In this document: positions 25,965 through 34,884 of the stretch, piece after piece
How positions within the stretch are numbered: position 1 is the first letter of the stretch
Layout: each line of letters opens with the position of its first letter
NCBI GenBank assembly: GCA_036271275.1
Contig: DATBAX010000355.1
Coordinates: 5,840-69,839 of the forward strand
DNA length: 64,000 bases
From: Terriglobales bacterium
GTDB lineage: Bacteria > Acidobacteriota > Terriglobia > Terriglobales > Acidobacteriaceae
Direction: 5' to 3'
Position numbers and translations under genes: made by a program
The notes under the pieces: generated by a model
Seen by the model: the letters and a program-made list of their open reading frames with translations, nothing else
Database searches by the model: none
What the model was told of the DNA's origin: nothing

Positions 25965-26909
25965 TCAGAACGGTACCACTTCCGGTCTAGTTTGCCGCAC
26001 AACTACATCACGCTTCTCAACCTGTTTCAAGATGCTGAGAAACATCGGCTGAGTATCGAAGCGGCGATTGTAGCGAAATGAATATTCATCAAGGTAAGAC
26101 TGCAAATAGCTTTTGCCGACTGAATGATAAACGCCCCGAATTCCATTTTTTACTAGACCCCAAAATCCTTCGATAGAATTCGTATGAACATCACCCGCAA
26201 CATAAACCTTCTCGCTGTGATTGATTCGATGATGCGTATATCGACGATCACGGATGTGAGAAACGCCGTCATATGCTTTCAGTTCATCGGTAAAGACCGT
26301 GCTCTTGGGCAGAACGTGCTCACGAACGATAGGAAGCAACGTGGCCCCTGTCCGCGCATTCACTTCGGTAAAGGCTCGTACTTGTCCGCCACGTTCCGCC
26401 ATGCCTACAACCATCGTGAGATGCTTTTTGTTCCCGCTCCCAACGCGACGGGTACCGCCGATCCAAGTCTCATCGACTTCAACGCCACGGCTGCCCTTCC
26501 CGCCAATCGGCTTGCCCAGTCCATCGCCAAGCATGGAACGAATCTGCTTGAACATGCGCCACGCGGTTTTGTAGGTCACGCCAGTTTCCCGCTGAATCTG
26601 TTTTGCGGAGATGCCGCATCGGGTAGAGGCCATGAGATAGATCGCGTAGAACCAAGTGGTAAGCGGAGTCGAAGATTTGTGGAAAATCGTATTCGCGGTC
26701 GGGTGAACATGGTGGCCGCAATGGTCGCAAGAGTAAGACGGACGGCTAGCGACGCGGTGATGCTTGGTTGTCGCCTCGCACTTATTGCAGTAAATGCCGT
26801 CTGGGTACAGGTAGTTTCGCAGCCACTCAAGGCAGATCGCGTCATCGGGATATTTGGCCTGAAAATCCTTGAGGGTGAAGGGTTTCATCGCTGGTTTGCG
26901 GCTGCTCAT
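25965..26909 (-). CDS. IS1595 family transposase
   Basis: 314 aa. N-terminal zinc-ribbon CNKCEATTKHHRVASRPSYSCDHCGHH, an HTH (GISAKQIQRETGVTYKTAWRMFKQIR), and a DDE-type core (VEVDETWIGG .. VFTDELKAY .. TNSIEGFW). Confidence 0.9.
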   Translation of the reverse strand: MSSRKPAMKPFTLKDFQAKYPDDAICLEWLRNYLYPDGIYCNKCEATTKHHRVASRPSYSCDHCGHHVHPTANTIFHKSSTPLTTWFYAIYLMASTRCGISAKQIQRETGVTYKTAWRMFKQIRSMLGDGLGKPIGGKGSRGVEVDETWIGGTRRVGSGNKKHLTMVVGMAERGGQVRAFTEVNARTGATLLPIVREHVLPKSTVFTDELKAYDGVSHIRDRRYTHHRINHSEKVYVAGDVHTNSIEGFWGLVKNGIRGVYHSVGKSYLQSYLDEYSFRYNRRFDTQPMFLSILKQVEKRDVVVRQTRPEVVPF

Positions 26910-26940
26910 GTCGTTTGACCTGAGAAAAGCATACCGGAAA

Positions 26941-26968
26941 CCGTACCTACTGTCAAGGGATAATTACC
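26941..26968. repeat. right terminal inverted repeat
   Basis: Reverse complement is identical to 24253-24280. Confidence 0.9.
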
Positions 26969-26976
26969 GAAATTTA
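26969..26976. repeat. target-site duplication GAAATTTA (right copy)
   Basis: Identical to 24245-24252. Confidence 0.8.
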
Positions 26977-27011
26977 TCATATTCGCCTTTCGTTCGCCAA
27001 TCCCATGTTCG

Positions 27012-27551
27012 CTAGAATATGCTGCTCTGCGCTTGCAATGGCGGCGGTTCGGGGCTGTACACAGCGATGCACTCAGCATCATCGTTCTGCACTGAATTAA
27101 CCCGCGGACTGACACGCCAGCTTCGCATCAATTCCGGACGGTAGGGCTTTAGCCGATCGAGAAGGGGTTCCGTTTTTCTGAAACCGGGGTCGAGCCAGAG
27201 ATCGTAATTTTCGGGCTCCAAGATGACAGGCATCCGGTAGTGTGCTCCGGCGACGAGGGCGTTCGCTGATGTCGTGATGATCGAGCAAGTCTCAAGCACC
27301 TCTTCCTTCGGGCTTTTCCAGCGGTCCCAAAGGCCGGCGAACGCAAAGAGCGAATCGTCGGCGAGCGTAAAGCAAAAAGGCGACTTGTTTTTCCACTCCT
27401 TTGCCCATTCGTAAAAACCGTCCGCGGGCACGAGGCACCGTCGCGACTGTAGCGGCTCGCGGAAGGCTGGCTTGTGAGCGACCGTTTCCGCGCGAGCGTT
27501 AATCATCTTGTATCCGGCCTTGGGATCTTTCGACCAGGACGGAATCAGCCC
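27012..27551 (-). pseudogene. 5'-truncated SOS-response-associated peptidase (SRAP/YedK-like)
   Basis: Homology runs from ..GLIPSWSKDPKAGYKMINARAETV.. to the stop. The first ~70 codons, including the catalytic Cys2, are missing. Upstream in-frame sequence has no SRAP similarity. Confidence 0.75.
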
Positions 27552-27553
27552 CC

Positions 27554-28096
27554 CACCTGCATCAGGAAGATTTCTGCCAAGCGCAAGGCATTGTGTCGGA
27601 ATTGAAGTACCAGAAGGAAGGCGGGCCGTCGCTCAAGCAATGTTTTGCGTTACTGCGCGAGGTATCGAGCGCGCCCGTCCTCGACCTTGCACGCCTTCTC
27701 GACGCCGTCATCTATAACTATCTTGTCGGCAACAATGACGCGCATGGCAAGAATTTTTCTCTGCTCTATACGAGACATGGAAATGGCAACCTGGAAATCA
27801 CATTGGCACCGCTGTACGACATCGTGAGCACGGTGTACTATCCCGACCTGAGCCGTGACATGGCGATGAGACTTGGCCGCGAATATTCATCGGGAAAAAT
27901 CCTGCCGCGCGATTTCGAGCAGCTGGCGGAAGAGGCCGGACTGGGCAAGGCCCAGGTCAAGCGGCGCATTCCCGAGCTTGCAGACACTGTCAGCGGCGAT
28001 CTCGGAAAAATAGAGATCGCGCACCCGAAAGCGGAAAAGGTGGCCGCGCTGATAAGGGAACGCTGCGCGAAGACGCTGGACAGTTTCAAGAATTGA
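27554..28096 (+). pseudogene. 5'-truncated HipA-like kinase (C-terminal domain only)
   Basis: In-frame HLHQEDFCQAQGIVSELKYQKEGGPS .. NYLVGNNDAHGKNFSLLY .. LAPLYDIVST are HipA C-terminal catalytic motifs. The N-terminal ~240 aa are absent. Confidence 0.75.
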
Positions 28097-28132
28097 TCTG
28101 CCGGAGGACGGAACGAAACGGAGAGACAATCA

Positions 28133-28294
28133 ATGGCCGCCATTCCGAAAATAAACGATGCAAATCTGCAGGCGATATGCGACATCCTGGGCGCGACTGA
28201 TACAGGTCTGACCGGCTCGGAAATCGGCCGTTATTTGCATGAATGCGGATGCCCCGACCCGATGCCCCAGATGACGAAGCGTCAATCATTCTAG
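28133..28294 (+). pseudogene. possible N-terminal fragment of a TIGR02391/Abi-like protein (53 codons)
   Basis: Translation is MAAIPKINDANLQAICDILGATDTGLTGSEIGRYLHECGCPDP.., preceded by GGAGAG. It ends abruptly where a histidine-kinase fragment begins. The family assignment is from memory of similar N-termini only. Confidence 0.35.
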
Positions 28295-28544
28295 ACATCC
28301 GGGACCAAGGCAAGGGCATGTCCGCCGAGCGTTTGGCTGAGATTCAATTAGGACGCTCTGGTGTTGGCATAGGGGGAATGCGGAACGCTTGCGTCAATTC
28401 GAAGGGACTATGAAAATTGAATCGGACAGTTCCGGAACTCGCGTCTTCGCGACCATCCCGCTCCCCAAGGATGCATTATCAGAAGACCAGGGCAACGTGG
28501 ACTCATTGGGGAGAACCGTGCCAGATGTAATGAAGACAGTTTGA
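28288..28544 (+). pseudogene. frameshifted C-terminal fragment of a NarL-class sensor histidine kinase (HATPase_c G1/G2 boxes)
   Basis: Reads ILDIRDQGKGMSAERLAEIQLGRSGVGIGGMR. A 1-nt loss follows, then (E)RLRQFEGTMKIESDSSGTRVFATIPLP in the next frame. No N-box or HisKA part is present. Confidence 0.6.
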
Positions 28545-28785
28545 TCGGAGTGGCACTCGCCGAGACAATGATCTGGTCTCCTGCGGGATAACTAGACTTT
28601 AATCAGGCGATAAGGGAAGGAATCTGCGGCGAAGTCTCGAATACCAGGGAACTTCTACAAAAGTTGACGAGATCATTGCCCATTCTCATTCTGCTATCAC
28701 CTATCGGCTTCACCGTTCCCTTGTCTTCGGTACAAAACAGTCAGACCGAAGGAAACGAAGTGCATCTATTATTCATCTATAAGAA

Positions 28786-31380
28786 ATGGATTCATTTCAT
28801 TCGGCGAGTTCGAGCTTGCGCCGCCGCCCGTTGGGATTTTCCCGGGCTACAACAGACATCCGCCAGTTTGTCCGCGTGCGGGGCGCTCGGGAACACAATC
28901 TCAAGGATATAAGTGTCGACATACCGCGGGATGCTCTTGTGGTTTTCACCGGTGTGTCAGGGTCGGGCAAGTCATCTTTAGCGTTTGGTACGCTATACGC
29001 CGAGGCACAACGCCGCTATCTCGATTCAGTCGCTCCATACGCGCGCCGTCTTTTCCACCAGATAGGTATACCTGATGTCGATGAGATCGATGGGCTTCCG
29101 CCCGCCGTCGCGCTGCAACAACAGCGCGGATCGCCGACCACGCGCTCATCCGTTGGTAGTGTTACTACATTATCCAACCTGCTTCGAATGCTCTACTCTC
29201 GTGCCGGGAATTATCCTGGCCATCAGCCGCTTCTGTACGCGGAGTCATTCTCGCCGAACACTCCAGAGGGTGCCTGCCCTCAGTGTCACGGCCTAGGACG
29301 GATCTATGAAGTGACGGAACGATCGATGGTCCCCGATGATTCACTAACAATCCGCCAACGAGCGATTGCAGCCTGGCCGACGGCATGGCAAGGCCAGAAT
29401 CAACGCGACATTCTGGTTTCGCTCGGCTATGACGTCGATCGTCCGTGGCGAGAACTGCCGAAGAAAACTCGGGACTGGATTCTATTCACTGATGAGCAGC
29501 CAGTTGTTCCTGTCTACGCCGGCCTTGATCCGCCCGAGGCGCGGCAAGCGCTCAAACGCGAAGAGGAACCGAGCTATCAAGGCACGTTTACCAGCGCGCG
29601 GCGCTATGTGCTTACTACGTTTGCTAATTCGGAGAGTGCACTGATGAAGCGGCGGGTATCACAGTACCTGGTGACCGGCGATTGCCCGCTTTGCGGTGGC
29701 AAACGTCTGCGTCGGGAGTCTTTGTCGGTGACATTTTCCGGCTTCGACATCACTGATATTTCGCGATTACCATTAAAACTGTTGGAAGAGAAATTGGGTC
29801 CTTACGCGGACGGAACGGCGGCAGATCTGGAAAAAATCACGTTACAGCATCCGGAGAAAAAGGTTGTTGCGCAGCGAATTGCTCAAGACCTACTTGCGCG
29901 GCTCGCAGTCCTCCTCGATCTGGGTTTGGGTTACTTGACGCTCGAACGAAGCACGCCCACCCTTTCCCCAGGGGAACTCCAGCGTTTGCGACTTGCCACC
30001 CAGGTACGGTCGAACTTGTTCGGAGTAGTTTATGTGCTCGACGAGCCATCCGCCGGACTTCATCCTGCGGACACTGAAGCTTTACTCTCGGCACTCGATC
30101 GTTTAAAGGCATCTGGCAACTCGTTATTTGTCGTTGAGCACGAACTGGATGTCATCCGTCATGCGGACTGGATCGTGGATGTGGGTCCAGCGGCTGGCGA
30201 TCAAGGTGGCCGCATCCTTTATAGTGGTCCGCCCGAGGGTCTCAAGAACATCGAAGAGTCTCGAACGCGGCGTTATCTTTTCGGCGAATTCAATCTACCG
30301 AGCCGCACACCTCACTCGGCTAAAGACTGGTTGCGGCTTACCGGCGTGACGCGAAACAACCTGAATAAACTCGATGCTCAATTCCCCGTCGGAGTGTTCA
30401 CAACCGTGACTGGCGTGTCCGGTTCGGGCAAATCGAGTTTGGTGAGTCAGGCATTGGTCGAATTGGCGGCTAAAGAACTGGGTCACGAAATTCCTATCGA
30501 TGACGACGAAGGCGAAGAGCTGGAAAGAACTGCGGTCGTCACTGTCGGCGGACAAATTAGAGGTGGCATGAAGGGCATCAAGCGGCTGGTGACGGTTGAT
30601 CAAAAACCAATCGGACGCACGCCACGCTCAAATCTCGCTACCTATACAGGTTTGTTCGATCCCATCCGCAAACTGTTCGCAGCCACCAAAGAGGCACGCG
30701 TCCATCACTATGATGCGGGGCGCTTCTCCTTCAATGTTTCCAAGGGACGTTGCGAAACCTGTGAAGGTGAGGGCTTCGTGATGGTCGAGTTGCTTTTCCT
30801 ACCTAGCGTCTACACCCCTTGTCCAACATGCCATGGCGCGCGCTACAACACGAAAACTCTGCAAATAAAATATCGTGACAGGAACATCGCAGAAGTCCTT
30901 AGGTTGACGGTTGATGCGGCTTTCGACTTTTTCTCCGCCGAGCCGCAGGTTCTGCGTTCGCTGGACGTGCTGCGCCAGGTTGGATTGGGCTACTTGCGCC
31001 TTGGCCAACCTGCAACTGAACTTTCCGGCGGCGAAGCCCAACGCATCAAATTAGCAACCGAATTGCAGCGATCTCAGCACGGCAACACGCTCTATATTCT
31101 CGATGAGCCCACAACCGGGCTGCATCCAGAAGACGTTGAGAAGCTAATCGCACAATTGGACCGCTTGGTGGAAGCAGGCAACACGGTCATTGTGATCGAA
31201 CACGACATGCGCGTTGTGGCTGCAAGCGATTGGGTAATTGATATCGGCCCGGGCGCGGGAGACGAAGGCGGCGGAATCGTTGCGTCCGGACTTCCCGCCG
31301 ATGTCTCAACAAAAAAGATCAGTCGCACGGCGTGCTACCTCAAGCGATTTCTGGACTCCTACTCAGCCGCAGTGGCGTAA
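28786..31380 (+). CDS. UvrA paralog, class II type (lacks the UvrB-binding domain)
   Basis: 864 aa with two ABC ATPase modules (GVSGSGKSSL twice, LSGGE twice). After ..LLRMLYSRAG the sequence goes almost directly to FSPNTPEGACPQCHGLG, so the ~130-aa UvrB-binding insertion of canonical UvrA is absent. Confidence 0.85.
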   Translation: MDSFHSASSSLRRRPLGFSRATTDIRQFVRVRGAREHNLKDISVDIPRDALVVFTGVSGSGKSSLAFGTLYAEAQRRYLDSVAPYARRLFHQIGIPDVDEIDGLPPAVALQQQRGSPTTRSSVGSVTTLSNLLRMLYSRAGNYPGHQPLLYAESFSPNTPEGACPQCHGLGRIYEVTERSMVPDDSLTIRQRAIAAWPTAWQGQNQRDILVSLGYDVDRPWRELPKKTRDWILFTDEQPVVPVYAGLDPPEARQALKREEEPSYQGTFTSARRYVLTTFANSESALMKRRVSQYLVTGDCPLCGGKRLRRESLSVTFSGFDITDISRLPLKLLEEKLGPYADGTAADLEKITLQHPEKKVVAQRIAQDLLARLAVLLDLGLGYLTLERSTPTLSPGELQRLRLATQVRSNLFGVVYVLDEPSAGLHPADTEALLSALDRLKASGNSLFVVEHELDVIRHADWIVDVGPAAGDQGGRILYSGPPEGLKNIEESRTRRYLFGEFNLPSRTPHSAKDWLRLTGVTRNNLNKLDAQFPVGVFTTVTGVSGSGKSSLVSQALVELAAKELGHEIPIDDDEGEELERTAVVTVGGQIRGGMKGIKRLVTVDQKPIGRTPRSNLATYTGLFDPIRKLFAATKEARVHHYDAGRFSFNVSKGRCETCEGEGFVMVELLFLPSVYTPCPTCHGARYNTKTLQIKYRDRNIAEVLRLTVDAAFDFFSAEPQVLRSLDVLRQVGLGYLRLGQPATELSGGEAQRIKLATELQRSQHGNTLYILDEPTTGLHPEDVEKLIAQLDRLVEAGNTVIVIEHDMRVVAASDWVIDIGPGAGDEGGGIVASGLPADVSTKKISRTACYLKRFLDSYSAAVA

Positions 31381-31438
31381 TTGTCGTTTGACAACTATTG
31401 CCTGGTCCTTGTAATACGCATTGATGCATTGACTGTAG

Positions 31439-32554
31439 TTGAAGGCGAAATTTCCCGGTATGAACTTTTCTGAAGAGCCTTTGACAAATTCCCAGATCGC
31501 GGAACTACTGGCCGTTGCGGCCGAAGACGCACCTGCGCCACTGAATAAGGCCTATCGCCGTGCCTCCAGAAAAGCCTTGCTCTGGCCCGAGGAAGTTTCC
31601 ACGCTTCTACAGGAAGATCGGGCCCTAACCGAATTGCCGGGAGTCGGACCGTATCTCAATAAAATCATTTCGCGGTGGATGGAATGGTCCCCGGCCGTCG
31701 CCAAACCTCCCGATGTGAGGGCTAATTTTCTGACCAGGACGGAAGCGCGTTCGATCTTGCGAAAACATCCTTTGTGGGCTAGCGAGGTCAAAGGCGACCT
31801 TCAGATGCATACGCTTTGGAGTGACGGATTGGCTTCAATTCAGGAAATGGCGGAGACCGCAGAGACGCGTGGTTACGAATACATCGGAATCACCGATCAC
31901 TCTAAGGGATTGAAGATTGCCGGAGGCATCAACGAGGAGCAGTTGGAGCAACAAGGAAACGAAATCGCGGCCGTGAATGCAGCCTTCGAAGCAGCCGGTC
32001 GTTCCATTCGTGTTCTGCGCTCGATTGAAGTCAATCTGAGTCCAACCGGAGAAGTCGACATGAGCGCGCCTTCGCTCAACAAACTCGATCTTGTATTAGG
32101 CTGTTTCCATTCTTCGCTACGGAAGAAAGATGATCAGACCGAGCGTTATATCGCGGCCCTGCGGAATCCCGCGATACAGATACTAGGACATCCGCGCGGA
32201 AGGATTTATAACTTCCGTCTGGGACTAAGCGCCGACTGGTCGAGAGTCTTTGCAGTTGCCGCCGAATTGGACAAAGCGGTCGAGATCGATTGCTATCCAG
32301 ATCGGCAGGACATGAGCTTGGATCTCATCAAACTGGCGCGCAAAGCCGCGTGCAGGATCTCTCTTGGAACCGACTCGCACGGAGCCTCGCAGCTTGAATT
32401 CATAGAATTCGGCCTGGCTGCGGCGTTGAAAGGAAAAATAGATCCCGAAAGGATCTTGAATTTCATGGGTCGCGAGGACTTGGTGAACTGGGCAAAAAAG
32501 AAACGTTCACTGCCGAGCACGAAAATTGACTTTTCAATCCAAAACGTCGCTTGA
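31439..32554 (+). CDS. PHP-domain phosphoesterase with N-terminal helix-hairpin-helix (PolX-like without polymerase core)
   Basis: ELPGVGPYLNKII is the HhH element. GDLQMHTLWSDG, GITDHS and GHPRGR are PHP metal motifs. The start is TTG at 31439 or ATG at 31460. Confidence 0.75.
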   Translation: MKAKFPGMNFSEEPLTNSQIAELLAVAAEDAPAPLNKAYRRASRKALLWPEEVSTLLQEDRALTELPGVGPYLNKIISRWMEWSPAVAKPPDVRANFLTRTEARSILRKHPLWASEVKGDLQMHTLWSDGLASIQEMAETAETRGYEYIGITDHSKGLKIAGGINEEQLEQQGNEIAAVNAAFEAAGRSIRVLRSIEVNLSPTGEVDMSAPSLNKLDLVLGCFHSSLRKKDDQTERYIAALRNPAIQILGHPRGRIYNFRLGLSADWSRVFAVAAELDKAVEIDCYPDRQDMSLDLIKLARKAACRISLGTDSHGASQLEFIEFGLAAALKGKIDPERILNFMGREDLVNWAKKKRSLPSTKIDFSIQNVA

Positions 32555-32627
32555 TCGTCATTAACATGTGATCGCAGAATTCCGGGGAGTAACGACCGTC
32601 TTCTCGCCTTTGCTGGAAAGCACTCGG

Positions 32628-33284
32628 CTACGACTGCGAAGGAATGGGTGAGGTTTTTAGCAAAGTGAATCCGATTTGTGTACCCAGCCCAAGAAACCGT
32701 CCCAGTTGAATATTAAGCAAGGACAAAGGCTCCAAATAACGCGCATTTTCAAGCGGTCCGGCGTCCACCGCGTCGAATCCCAGCCGTACGATCAGTTCCC
32801 GGACCTTGGCCTTGGCTACAGCAGCGTCTCCTGCGAAGAAAATGGTAATGGCGCGTCCGTCGATTTCAGCATTTTGAGATTGGTAAACTTCCGCAAATAC
32901 TGCGTTAAACGCTTTCACCACATTCGCCGTGGGAAACTGTCGTGCGATCTCTTCCGCTCCCGAAGTTGTATGCCCGACGATGAGCCGTCGACGATCAGGA
33001 GTGATCGGATTCGTGACGTCAATCAGCGTTTTACCGGCGAGGGCCGGGCGAACCGGCTCAAGAACTCCATCGACCTCATCGTAGGGAACCGTCAACAGCA
33101 CTATATCGCAAATCCCTACTAAGTCGGCAATCGTCGCGGACCTGGCATCGTGTCCGGCACTCTGGGCTGCTTCCTTTGCATGTTCTTGATCGCGCGAAGT
33201 AAACAAAACTGGAAAACCCGCAGCTGCAAACCACGATCCAAGAGCTTTACCAACTTTTCCGCTGCCGATTATCCCGACTTGCAT
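32628..33284 (-). CDS. NADP-binding oxidoreductase, F420-dependent NADP reductase-like
   Basis: MQVGIIGSGKVGKALGSWFAAAGF is a Rossmann motif. About 218 aa. Confidence 0.75.
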   Translation of the reverse strand: MQVGIIGSGKVGKALGSWFAAAGFPVLFTSRDQEHAKEAAQSAGHDARSATIADLVGICDIVLLTVPYDEVDGVLEPVRPALAGKTLIDVTNPITPDRRRLIVGHTTSGAEEIARQFPTANVVKAFNAVFAEVYQSQNAEIDGRAITIFFAGDAAVAKAKVRELIVRLGFDAVDAGPLENARYLEPLSLLNIQLGRFLGLGTQIGFTLLKTSPIPSQS

Positions 33285-33328
33285 CTGAGCCTCCGGTCAT
33301 TGTTAATTTCGAAAGCAGTAGCCGGCTA

Positions 33329-33865
33329 TCAGTGCCTTAAGGTTGGGCGCTTATCATCTAAAGTGCCGCCCAGCGAACCAAGGACGACGCGTGCGCAATT
33401 CAGTCGTTCTTCCTCCATTCTCGCGTGCTGATTTTCCGCGCGCGCAATGAGACTCCCGAAATCTGTCCCGAATAGTCGAGAGTCGTAAGGGGCAACAGCC
33501 GCCAGGGCAAGCCAAAGCGCCCTTTTCCCATGGATCCCGAGCACGAGGAATTCGAGCGCTTCAAAGGTACCAAGACCGTCTCCTGAATCATGCTTCAGTT
33601 TCAAGCGACTAACTTTCTCTGCCAGCCAACTTGCCCATTCTTTCGGTCCGCCGGAGGCACCGCCTGTATTCTCCGTCAGCCTGGCTAGGACGTTGCGGTC
33701 AGCCTCGATGTCGATAAGCAACTCCGAGGCAAATTGTCCCAGCGGTTTTCCTGCGTAATGGTCGTGGATCGCTTTGAGGAGCTCAATCGCGTGCATGGCA
33801 CCCGCGAGGTGATCCTGAAGATATGTTGTAAGCGCCTTACCCAACGGTCCCCCTTTTAAACGCAC
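33329..33865 (-). CDS. hypothetical protein (178 aa)
   Basis: Clean ORF on the same strand and 44 nt upstream of the reductase gene. Helical composition. No family recognised. Confidence 0.55.
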   Translation of the reverse strand: MRLKGGPLGKALTTYLQDHLAGAMHAIELLKAIHDHYAGKPLGQFASELLIDIEADRNVLARLTENTGGASGGPKEWASWLAEKVSRLKLKHDSGDGLGTFEALEFLVLGIHGKRALWLALAAVAPYDSRLFGTDFGSLIARAENQHARMEEERLNCARVVLGSLGGTLDDKRPTLRH

Positions 33866-34039
33866 AAAGAAAAGATTACGTTTGGATGCCCCGGATATGA
33901 TTTGCGTCCAACAATTCGTTTAGAAACACAAGAAATGCTTCGGCACGAAACGCTAACCGATTTCTTGATGTCCCATTTGTCTTTATGGCAGCCCTCCTTT
34001 AGTTTTCGGCATCGAAGAAAAACGAATGGAGGAAATATC

Positions 34040-34828
34040 ATGGCGAAGCAATTTGCACTCATAACGGGAGCTTCCAGCGGAATCGGATTTTCACTGGCAA
34101 AAGAGCTGGCAAGTCGCGGTTATGACCTGGCAGTTTCATCATCCGGAGAGCGCCTGTCGGGCGCTTCAGAGAAATTACGCGCGATGGGCGTAGAGGTAAT
34201 CGACATCCAGGCTGACCTGGCCACACGTGAAGGCGTTAAACAACTTTGGGATCAGGTTACGACGCTTGGGAGGAACGTTGACGTGGCGTGCATCAATGCA
34301 GGTGTCGGCGTAGGCGGACTATTTGCCGAGACTGACTTGGAAGCCGAACTCAACATGGTCTACCTCAATTGCGCTGGAACGATCCATTTGGCGAAATATA
34401 TCGTGCAGCACATGAGTGCCCGTAATGAAGGTCGCATACTGTTCACCGCATCCATAGCCGGCGAGATGGTGGCTCCAAGAGAAGCTGTATATGCAGCCAC
34501 GAAAGCTTTTGATCTGTCCTTTGCACATAGTCTTCGATACGAATTGCGCGACACCGGCATTTCGGTAACAGCGCTACAACCTGGACCTACGGACACTGAT
34601 TTTTTCCATCGCGCTGGGATGGACAACACCGAAGTTGGGTCGGAGGGGAAGTCTGACAGCCAGCCTGATGACGTGGCTCGTCAAGGCATTGAAGCGCTGC
34701 TAGCAGGGAAAGATCACGTCTATGCTGCATCCACAAAGACAAAGGTCGAAGGGATGCTGGCCAACGTAACTCCCGGATCTGTAAAAGCCGCGATGCACGA
34801 AAAGATGGCTAGACCGAAGGCGAGTTAA
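34040..34828 (+). CDS. SDR family oxidoreductase
   Basis: Start at the ATG after GGAGGA. MAKQFALITGASSGIGFSLAKELASRGY has the TGxxxGIG motif, and YAATKAF has YxxxK. Confidence 0.9.
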   Translation: MAKQFALITGASSGIGFSLAKELASRGYDLAVSSSGERLSGASEKLRAMGVEVIDIQADLATREGVKQLWDQVTTLGRNVDVACINAGVGVGGLFAETDLEAELNMVYLNCAGTIHLAKYIVQHMSARNEGRILFTASIAGEMVAPREAVYAATKAFDLSFAHSLRYELRDTGISVTALQPGPTDTDFFHRAGMDNTEVGSEGKSDSQPDDVARQGIEALLAGKDHVYAASTKTKVEGMLANVTPGSVKAAMHEKMARPKAS

Positions 34829-34884
34829 GGTCGCGAAGCAGGATTACAGTCGTTTTCACTTAGGTTTTAGTTGGAGATAAAAAT

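Larger units (their letters stand above)
24253..26968 (-). mobile_element. intact IS1595-family insertion sequence carrying two passenger protease genes (2,716 bp)
   Basis: Perfect 28-bp terminal inverted repeats, an 8-bp direct duplication, a full-length IS1595-type transposase, and two additional complete ORFs between the repeats. Confidence 0.85.

Noticed and set aside
26184-26918. 244-aa + strand ORF
   Set aside because: It is fully antisense to the IS1595 transposase gene, which has clear family motifs. Shadow ORF.
24243-26978. My first reading of the IS ends as an imperfect ~38-bp inverted repeat with no target duplication
   Set aside because: The extra bases (GAAATTTA) contain the self-complementary AAATTT, which mimicked an inverted repeat. 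Read as direct repeats they are identical 8-mers on both sides, i.e. a target-site duplication. The repeats are 28 bp and perfect.
28545-28785. LexA-type box (GTTC-N7-GTTC, reported for Acidobacterium) upstream of the UvrA paralog
   Set aside because: The closest sequence is GTTCCCTTGTCTTCG, in which the second half-site is TTCG rather than GTTC. Not a match.
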